From NCBI GenBank assembly GCA_964435165.1, contig CAYSXY010000004.1, positions 14,686 to 78,685 on the forward strand: a stretch of 64,000 nucleotides of DNA, given 5' to 3'. Position numbers and translations under genes: made by a program. Origin of the DNA: an uncultured Rickettsiales bacterium (lineage in GTDB: Bacteria; Pseudomonadota; Alphaproteobacteria; Rickettsiales; RI-342). Below, piece by piece: positions 57,423-64,000 of the stretch (its first letter is position 1; each line of letters begins with the position of its first letter). Below the pieces are notes generated by a model, which saw only the letters and a program-made list of their open reading frames with translations, did not search any database and was not told the DNA's origin.

Positions 57423-58583
57423 ATGTCCACGCCGTCACGCGCATTACTGCCAACGGGCTTTTATGACCTTCTCTATCCTGATGCGGGCTTCGAGGCATTG
57501 CTCCAGGGACAGATCATGCAGGCATTCCAGGGATTTGGCTATGAACGCGTCAAGCCGCCCCTGGTTGAGTTTGAAGAAAATCTGCTGTTAGCCGGCAGCA
57601 ACAAGATGGATAAAGACACGTTTCGCCTGATGGACCCTGCCTCGCAGCGTATGATGGGCATCCGCACAGATATTACCATGCAAATCGGACGCATCGCTCT
57701 GTCGCGGCTCAAACGCGCCCCACGGCCGTTACGCTTGTGTTATAGCGGCACCACGCTTTCGACCAATGCGCAGGCGATTAACCCGGCACGGCAATTCACT
57801 CAAGCCGGCGCGGAACTGATTGGTGTGACCTCACGCGCATCCGATGTTGAGGCGATTGTCGTCGCCGTCGAGGGGATGACACGCATTGGCGTGCGCGATA
57901 TTTCCGTGGACTTAAATCTCCCTACCCTGGCACCGCAATTGCTTGAAGATGCCGGGCTGCCAGTGGAAGAACGGCGCAATATTCTCAGTGCGCTGGCACA
58001 AAAAGATTTAGGAGCACTGGATCATATCGATGCACCTATTGCCACGTTGCTGCGTGCCCTCACCCAACATTGCGGCCCGGCGGATTCCGCTCTGGCCGCA
58101 CTCGAAAGCCTGGATTTTCCAGCCGATATCGCACCGCTCATTGATCGCCTGCGCTACATCGCGCATCGTGTCAGGCAGAATTGCCCGGGCTGTGAGATTA
58201 CCATTGACGCTGCCGAGCATCGCGGTTTTGACTATCACACCGGTATCAGTTTCGCGTTATTTGCGAAAGGTATTGATGGCGAAATCGGGCGCGGCGGGCG
58301 CTATTGCATTGCGTTTGACAACAAAACGCCTGCCATTGGATTTACGATTTATCTCAGTCGTTTACTCCCAATTCTTCAAATGAAAAAACCAAAGCCACGT
58401 GTTTATATACCGGCCGGCATCCTGCACCTGGATATTCGGGAAGCGATTGGTGAGGAGTATGTGACGGTCCATGGGCTGGAAGACACACCGCTGAGCGATA
58501 CGGACGCTATGATACGTGAGGCTAAACGGCTTGGCTGCCAGTATCTCTGGCTGGATGACACGCTCACACCAACACCCAAATAA
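57423..58583 (+). CDS. hisZ: ATP phosphoribosyltransferase regulatory subunit HisZ (HisRS paralog)
   Basis: Class II aaRS-like core (LPTGFYDLL, FRLMDP, RTDITMQIGRIA, RPLRLCYSG) without an anticodon-binding domain. 386 aa. Confidence 0.7.
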   Translation: MSTPSRALLPTGFYDLLYPDAGFEALLQGQIMQAFQGFGYERVKPPLVEFEENLLLAGSNKMDKDTFRLMDPASQRMMGIRTDITMQIGRIALSRLKRAPRPLRLCYSGTTLSTNAQAINPARQFTQAGAELIGVTSRASDVEAIVVAVEGMTRIGVRDISVDLNLPTLAPQLLEDAGLPVEERRNILSALAQKDLGALDHIDAPIATLLRALTQHCGPADSALAALESLDFPADIAPLIDRLRYIAHRVRQNCPGCEITIDAAEHRGFDYHTGISFALFAKGIDGEIGRGGRYCIAFDNKTPAIGFTIYLSRLLPILQMKKPKPRVYIPAGILHLDIREAIGEEYVTVHGLEDTPLSDTDAMIREAKRLGCQYLWLDDTLTPTPK

Positions 58584-58616
58584 ACGAAACAACACACTGA
58601 ATACACAGGATTGATA

Positions 58617-59909
58617 ATGACTAATGTTGCAGTGATAGGCTCTCAATGGGGCGATGAAGGTAAGGGTAAAGTAGTGGACTGGCTCTCTGAACGCGCCGAT
58701 GTGATTGTGCGCTTTCAGGGTGGCCATAATGCCGGACACACGTTGGTTATTGACGGCACAACCTATAAACTCAGCCTGCTTCCTTCAGGCGTGGTACGGC
58801 AAAATAAATTGTCCATCATCGGCAATGGGGTGGTTGTTGATCCCTGGGAATTGCTGAAGGAAATCGACCGTATTGCCGATCAGGGCGTCTCCATTACACC
58901 TGAAAACCTGCGCATTGCCGAAAATTGTCCGTTGATTCTCCCCATTCACCCGATGCTGGATAATGCGGCAGAGGAAGCTCGGGGACAGGAAAAAATCGGC
59001 ACCACCGGTCGCGGCATTGGCCCGGCCTATGAAGATAAAATCGCACGGCGGGCCATTCGTATTTGTGACCTGGCGCATGAACAACTGCTCAAAGACAAGC
59101 TCGACAATATGTTGTTTCATCATAATGCGCTGCTGAAAGGATTTGGCCGCGAGCCAATGACGCGTGAGAGCCTGTATGACCCCTTGATGGAGATTGCCGA
59201 GCGCCTGCTGGGATTCGCAGAACCCATCTGGAGGCGATTGGAGCTCTGTCGCAAGCAGGGTAAGCGAGTATTATTTGAAGGAGCGCAAGGCTCAATGCTG
59301 GATGTCGATCACGGCACATATCCTTATGTTACATCATCCAACACCGTAGCAGGACTAGCGTCCGTCGGTTCTGGGTGCGGCATTGATATGATCGGTTATG
59401 TGCTCGGCATTACCAAAGCATACACCACACGGGTAGGCAGCGGCCCCTTCCCTACCGAGCAGGAAAATGATATCGGGCAGCGTCTTGGTGAGCGTGGGCG
59501 TGAATTTGGCACGGTAACCGGGCGTCAGCGGCGATGCGGCTGGTTTGATGCGGTAATGGTTCGCCAGGCCATGAAAATTTCAGGCGTCCACGGCATTTGC
59601 CTCACCAAACTCGATGTGCTGGATGGGTTTGATAGCTTGCAGATTTGCGTCGGCTATCGATATCAGGATGTCATGTATGATTACTACCCTGCCTCTCCGG
59701 TAATCCAGGCGGAAGTAGAGCCTGTATATGAAACGATGGAAGGCTGGCAGGAAAGTACCCAGCATGCGCGCAGTTGGGCCGATTTACCGGCACAAGCCAT
59801 CAAATACGTCAAACGTATTGAAGAGCTGATCGATACACCGATCGCGCTGTTATCCACCAGCCCTGAACGTGATGACACCATTCTCGTGAAAGACCCGTTT
59901 GCCGATTAA
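58617..59909 (+). CDS. purA: Adenylosuccinate synthetase
   Basis: [12 protein letters not shown]-loop, [21 protein letters not shown] and [12 protein letters not shown]. The ATG at 58617 is preferred over the TTG at 58611. Confidence 0.95.
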   Translation: MTNVAVIGSQWGDEGKGKVVDWLSERADVIVRFQGGHNAGHTLVIDGTTYKLSLLPSGVVRQNKLSIIGNGVVVDPWELLKEIDRIADQGVSITPENLRIAENCPLILPIHPMLDNAAEEARGQEKIGTTGRGIGPAYEDKIARRAIRICDLAHEQLLKDKLDNMLFHHNALLKGFGREPMTRESLYDPLMEIAERLLGFAEPIWRRLELCRKQGKRVLFEGAQGSMLDVDHGTYPYVTSSNTVAGLASVGSGCGIDMIGYVLGITKAYTTRVGSGPFPTEQENDIGQRLGERGREFGTVTGRQRRCGWFDAVMVRQAMKISGVHGICLTKLDVLDGFDSLQICVGYRYQDVMYDYYPASPVIQAEVEPVYETMEGWQESTQHARSWADLPAQAIKYVKRIEELIDTPIALLSTSPERDDTILVKDPFAD

Positions 59910-60147
59910 GCACTCTGTTTGTTTGTGATGAGTGAGGCACCATTTATTACAAGGATATAAGGCACGGATTCTTTACTATTTTTTCGTGATCGTGCCGTAA
60001 GATATTTCCTGTGGCGTTTTTGCCTGGCCTTGAACGCAACACATCGCTTTAGTGGTGGCAAGCCGCCACGTGCGAAGCGCCCATGGACTATCATCAAAGG
60101 ATACGACATCGGCATATATTTTGGATAACGACAAGTAGTCACAGCGC

Positions 60148-62280
60148 ATGACGGATAGTGATGTATCCGACCAAGTTGAGGCAGATGATGGTATTGGTGA
60201 TGCACAAAGCGAGCAGGACGCTTTAGAGGCCAACGCACAACATCGGGCCGTTGAATCGATTGAGGAAGCAGCGTTCCGGCGAACGGAAAACACGCTGACC
60301 GGTCGCTTTACCCTGCTGCCTGAGCATGACATTCCCGATCTTGACACCAAAACCGCCAAAGCGTGCGTGGTGAAAGATCATCGCACTGATGCTGATGATT
60401 GCTATGCGCTGATTTGTGACCAAGGCCTGCCGAGTCGCATTCAAGCAGCGATTGATGCCAAAAAAGCCGAGCATAAGCACATGCTCCCTGTGCTGGCGCA
60501 TGGAGCGGTGAATATCTCAACACTGAATGAATGTCGCTATGTCTATATCTTTCCTCGTCCCAAAGGCGTCAAACTCGTTGATCTGATTGCGCCTAAAAGT
60601 GCAATCAGCGAAAAATTTATTATTAAAGAGATTATCCTTCCTTTCACCCAAATCATCCATGCTTTAAGCGAGCAGGATGTCTGTCATGGCAAAATTCACC
60701 CGGATAATGTTTTTTACGACGAGGGCGCCAAGCACAAGGTGACCCTCGGCGAGTGTTTCTCCGAGCCGGCAGGCTATGCCCAGAGTTTTTATTATGAGCC
60801 CATTGAGCGGATGATTGCGCATCCACTCGGGAAGGGTGAAAGCGATGAGAAGGTCGATTACTTCGCGCTCGGCATTCTGGTCATGCATACCTTGCTTGGG
60901 TTCAATCCCATGCAACATCTCTCTCGTGAAGAATATATTGAAAAATGCCTGACAAACGGCATGTACAATACCATTGTCGGCAACCGCGAATTTTCTGGCA
61001 TGACCGAAGATTTACTCAAAGGATTGCTGGCTGATGATCCTGATGAGCGCTGGGGCTACGCCCATCTCGTGAAATGGCTGGGCGGTAAAAAATATAATCT
61101 ATTGCGCCCGACACCGCCGCGTGAGGCCCCCCGGCCCTATACCTTCCTCGATAAGCCCTATTTCAATCGCAAGCATCTCTGTCATCAGTTTCATCAGCAT
61201 TGGGGCAAAGCAAAATCCGAGTTACGTGACAAGAAAGTACAGCGCTGGGTAGAGCTCAGCGTCCAGGAACCGGATATCGCCAAAACGCTCACGCGTATCG
61301 TTGAATTGACGGGCGGCGAGACCGGGCGACTGCCGACCGATGATGATGATTTGGTGACAAAATCGATTACCTTGCTTGATCCGACAGGACCGTTTCGCCT
61401 GCATACGCTGTCCACGCATTTATCGGGTATCGGGCCGGTGTTAGCCAGTGCCTTCCGGGATAATAATAAAGCATTGCAACATCTGGTGCTTCGTATCATC
61501 GAGAGTGACGTGATTGGCACCTGGTCCGAGCTCAACAAAACACTGCCGGGATTTCACAATGCCGATATTGTCTGGCGCATTGAAAAACGCCGCCACACCT
61601 TTCAACTCACCACGCTTGGCTATGGGCTGGAACGTATTTTATACGATTTCAATCTGAGCATGCCGTGCATGAGCCCTATTGTCTCCCGTCATTATGTGAC
61701 CACTATGAAAGAGCTCATGTACAGCCTGGACTCACAGCCCGCGGATGTGATGAAAAACCAGGATCCGGTGGATCGGCATATTGCCGCCTTCATCTGCAGT
61801 CGGCTGAATGTGTTCAAAGAAATCAAATCCGATCTGGATATTTTCCCACACTATAAGGGTAAAATGATTCTGAAATACCTGGTTCTATTGGCCGCCACCC
61901 ATCGCAAAATTGGCGAACCTCCTCTGCCCAATCTCTGCGGCTGGATTGCGGAGCGCTGCAAACCGCTGATCGATCAACTCAATAGCCGAAGCCTGCAAAA
62001 AGATGTACGGATCGAACTCGATAAACTGGCAGCTAAAGGTAATATCACCGACATTATGAAGCTGATTATCAATAAAGATGTCATCAGCAAAGATCAGGAA
62101 GGGTTGTTGCAGGCGACAGGTCGCTACCTGAAAAATGCAAAAAAAATAAAAGAATTAAATATACGCGGCACGCAGGAGGAACGTGCCCGGAATATTGGCT
62201 ATAAATTGGCGCAAACCATCAGCTTTGGCATTCTGACTATCGCCATTCTGTCGCTGGTGCGCGATTATGTAAGGTTGTGA
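60148..62280 (+). CDS. Membrane-anchored protein-kinase-fold protein lacking the catalytic residues (predicted pseudokinase), with a helical region of about 380 aa and a C-terminal TM helix
   Basis: Kinase C-lobe pattern HGKIHPDNVFYDE...VTLGECF...YYEPIE...DYFALGILVMHTLLGFNP...DDPDERW. The HRD Asp is replaced by Lys and the DFG Asp by Glu. There is no Gly-rich loop or VAIK Lys. C-terminal TM FGILTIAILSLV. Confidence 0.65.
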   Translation: MTDSDVSDQVEADDGIGDAQSEQDALEANAQHRAVESIEEAAFRRTENTLTGRFTLLPEHDIPDLDTKTAKACVVKDHRTDADDCYALICDQGLPSRIQAAIDAKKAEHKHMLPVLAHGAVNISTLNECRYVYIFPRPKGVKLVDLIAPKSAISEKFIIKEIILPFTQIIHALSEQDVCHGKIHPDNVFYDEGAKHKVTLGECFSEPAGYAQSFYYEPIERMIAHPLGKGESDEKVDYFALGILVMHTLLGFNPMQHLSREEYIEKCLTNGMYNTIVGNREFSGMTEDLLKGLLADDPDERWGYAHLVKWLGGKKYNLLRPTPPREAPRPYTFLDKPYFNRKHLCHQFHQHWGKAKSELRDKKVQRWVELSVQEPDIAKTLTRIVELTGGETGRLPTDDDDLVTKSITLLDPTGPFRLHTLSTHLSGIGPVLASAFRDNNKALQHLVLRIIESDVIGTWSELNKTLPGFHNADIVWRIEKRRHTFQLTTLGYGLERILYDFNLSMPCMSPIVSRHYVTTMKELMYSLDSQPADVMKNQDPVDRHIAAFICSRLNVFKEIKSDLDIFPHYKGKMILKYLVLLAATHRKIGEPPLPNLCGWIAERCKPLIDQLNSRSLQKDVRIELDKLAAKGNITDIMKLIINKDVISKDQEGLLQATGRYLKNAKKIKELNIRGTQEERARNIGYKLAQTISFGILTIAILSLVRDYVRL

Positions 62281-62288
62281 GGCACGGA

Positions 62289-62753
62289 ATGGGTAAGACT
62301 GTCAAACGCGTGAAAAAGACGACCGGCACCGGCTTTGCCATCCGCCTGCTTGTGCTCATTCTCATTTTATTCATCCTGATTAAACATAGTATCATTTTCC
62401 TGATCGCAGGTATGCTGCCGGCAATTGTCGCCTCCATCGTGGATCAATCGGACGGCCGTATTTTATTTCGCACGGTGTTGGCAACGAATACGGCGGGTAT
62501 TGCCCGCTATATGGCCGAGCTCATCAGTCAGAATAATTCACGTGAGGCCGTGCATTATGTCATGAGTGACCCGGGTATTTGGCTGGTTGTCTACACCTCC
62601 GCAGCCATTGGGTGGATTTTGTTTCTGGGCTGCCCCAAAGGCGTGGAAATGGCCATGGATATGTTCTCCGACAATAAGGTAAAGGCGCTCGAGCAGGAAC
62701 AACAAAAGCTGGAAGCGGAATGGGGGCCGAAAGTGACAGGCCACGACATGTAA
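62289..62753 (+). CDS. Small integral membrane protein (about 154 aa, 3-4 TM), partner of the pseudokinase gene
   Basis: It starts 9 nt after the upstream stop. Hydrophobic segments and a C-terminal charged helix. No recognisable family. Confidence 0.5.
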   Translation: MGKTVKRVKKTTGTGFAIRLLVLILILFILIKHSIIFLIAGMLPAIVASIVDQSDGRILFRTVLATNTAGIARYMAELISQNNSREAVHYVMSDPGIWLVVYTSAAIGWILFLGCPKGVEMAMDMFSDNKVKALEQEQQKLEAEWGPKVTGHDM

Positions 62754-63019
62754 TGACGAGCCGCTACCTTGTGCGACATTATCGCCACCATTGAGCATTA
62801 TTTTCTTCTTATCCCTTCTTTTCTGTGCTTCGTCGATACGCTAATCGTCCATAGTTTTTGCTGTCTTTTGATAGGCTTGGCTGAGATAGATCGCATTTTA
62901 ATAAAATAGTAAATTTTAACCCCTTAGATAAGGAGGTTAGGGGAGCCTTGACAGCATTACGCCCTGCGCATATTGCTGTCATGTTTCGTGGTTCAAAGTG
63001 ATCGATAATGGGCATATTT

Positions 63020-64000
63020 ATGCAATATTTAAGATCTCACATGCCAAGTCTGCGTCACTGCCGCGATCACTTGAGAGGTAGAGCCCACACGCCTTCATCC
63101 TGTGCTGTTGCGCTTGTCATTTCCCTGTGGCTTATGCCGTTATCGATGCATTCATCCGCTCTGGCTGATGATGTTACGACACCAAAATCTACTGTTCAAA
63201 CACCCGCCTCTAAGCAGCATCACACCGCTGATGGCACTCCCGCCGTTACGAAAAACAAACACGAATCTTCTGTGAGTTCACGTGCTACCACTTCGGCTGA
63301 TGTAAAAGCAGATGACAATGCCATGTCTAATACGCCGACGAGCCTGCCATTGCTGGAGCCCAAGCCGTCAGTCGATACATCCGCAAAAACCCTGTCATCG
63401 CCCAGTTCTGAGGCAACGCTCGAGCCTGCAGCGATCAATGAGTCAGAAACAGAAGCAGGTCTCGATACAGGCGATGAAGCGGGTGAGCCTGCAACTAACG
63501 TGGTTGAACAGGATGAGCCGGAGGCAAGGCGCACCACGAATGAACGAAATGAGTCAGGCAAACAACATATTCTTAGAGCCGGTGATACGGTGATGATGCG
63601 TGTGTTCGGACACGCCGATATGACCAGTGAGATGGTGATTGCAGAGGATGGATTTATTACCGTACCACTGCTCGGTGCGTTAGAAGCGGAAGGCAAGAGC
63701 GTGCATGCACTCAAGCAGGAAATTCGCCAGCTGCTTGACCGTGATTTTATCGTCGAACCGCGTGTAACGCTTGAGGTCATCGGCTATGAACCGTTTTTTA
63801 TTTTGGGCCAAGTGATGAATCCCGGCAGTTATGAATATGAGCCGGGAATGGATATTCGTAAAGCCGTTGCCCTTGCCGGTGGCTTTACGTCCCGCGCCCG
63901 CACCAGCAACATGACCATCATTCGGAAAGAAGCCGGTGAGCGCATGCAAGTGGAAGGGAACATGGACGCACCAATTTTTCCCGGCGATACCATAGAAATA
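63020..64000 (+). CDS. Wza-like polysaccharide export protein (Poly_export + SLBB), 5' part; it continues beyond the window
   Basis: Hand translation shows an open frame from the ATG at 63020 to base 64000. It has a signal peptide (AVALVISLWLMPLSMHSSALA) and a low-complexity linker of about 150 aa. The Poly_export and SLBB regions follow: LRAGDTVMMRVFGHADMTSEMVIAEDGFITVPLLGALEAEGKSVHALKQEI...PRVTLEVIGYEPFFILGQVMNPGSYEY...AVALAGGFT. It is not in the ORF track because no stop lies inside the window. Confidence 0.8.
   Translation, partial: MQYLRSHMPSLRHCRDHLRGRAHTPSSCAVALVISLWLMPLSMHSSALADDVTTPKSTVQTPASKQHHTADGTPAVTKNKHESSVSSRATTSADVKADDNAMSNTPTSLPLLEPKPSVDTSAKTLSSPSSEATLEPAAINESETEAGLDTGDEAGEPATNVVEQDEPEARRTTNERNESGKQHILRAGDTVMMRVFGHADMTSEMVIAEDGFITVPLLGALEAEGKSVHALKQEIRQLLDRDFIVEPRVTLEVIGYEPFFILGQVMNPGSYEYEPGMDIRKAVALAGGFTSRARTSNMTIIRKEAGERMQVEGNMDAPIFPGDTIEI

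Noticed and set aside
63220-63780. 186-aa - strand ORF (and 63312-63593 on the + strand)
   Set aside because: These are shadows of the Wza-like frame, which carries clear Poly_export/SLBB motifs and is open to the window edge.
1-64000. rRNA, tRNA, tmRNA, transposase, integrase, prophage, toxin-antitoxin or known defence genes
   Set aside because: I scanned the intergenic regions for tRNA T-arm-like GGTTCGAAT/GTTCAAAT motifs. I also scanned the ORF translations for DDE, tyrosine-recombinase, phage structural and common TA signatures. None were found. Absence of short TA or sRNA genes cannot be proven by eye.

Overview
This is a chromosomal segment that looks alphaproteobacterial, judged from gene content and order: atpI-atpB-atpE-b'-b, CckA, an alpha-type psd-pssA pair, and a 483-aa Rickettsia-type IDH. 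By eye the GC content is about 50-58%. All calls rest on reading the supplied translations and the DNA, because no database search was possible.

Gene content from left to right:
- slt (partial), rnhB, a DUF721/DciA-like gene, dsbA and the F0 ATP synthase operon.
- An outer-membrane barrel followed by a processive GT2 synthase with an MshEN-like N-terminus.
- rpmJ, which is too short to appear in the ORF track.
- A large, fragmented flagellar/chemotaxis region:
  - flgHAGF
  - fliLM-DUF6468-like-motE-like
  - cheYZ
  - two MotB-like genes plus a 1166-aa secreted protein
  - a csrA - FlhB-C-like - fliO - fliP operon
  - flgBC-fliE-fliQR-flhB
- A cckA-like hybrid kinase, then recA with a Y-family polymerase.
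- A small accessory island, then alaS.
- Two unrelated isocitrate dehydrogenases, mtgA, a large aminotransferase, psd-pssA, a SemiSWEET, hsp20, an RND pump pair, and hisZ-purA.
- A membrane-anchored pseudokinase with a small membrane partner.
- The 5' part of a Wza-like polysaccharide export gene, which runs off the window and is absent from the ORF track.

I found no rRNA, tRNA, CRISPR array, transposase, integrase or prophage genes.

Most notable observations:
1. Families of dispersed, partly palindromic, nested intergenic repeats occur at five loci. One further copy is inserted in frame inside the essential alaS gene, in the manner of Rickettsia palindromic elements.
2. alaS also contains a patch of about 410 bp that is AT-rich and uses rare codons, covering one domain.
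3. About 4 kb of accessory DNA sits between recA and alaS. Its distal part (yciI plus two orphan genes) is bracketed by repeat clusters.
4. A csrA with an acidic tail heads a flagellar export operon. No fliW is present in the window.
5. An OM-barrel plus MshEN-GT2 (QxxRW) gene pair looks like a minimal c-di-GMP-gated polysaccharide synthase system.
6. A protein-kinase-fold protein has lost every catalytic residue.
7. A 23-28 nt motif is shared upstream of fliL, the 1166-aa gene and an orphan 488-aa gene.
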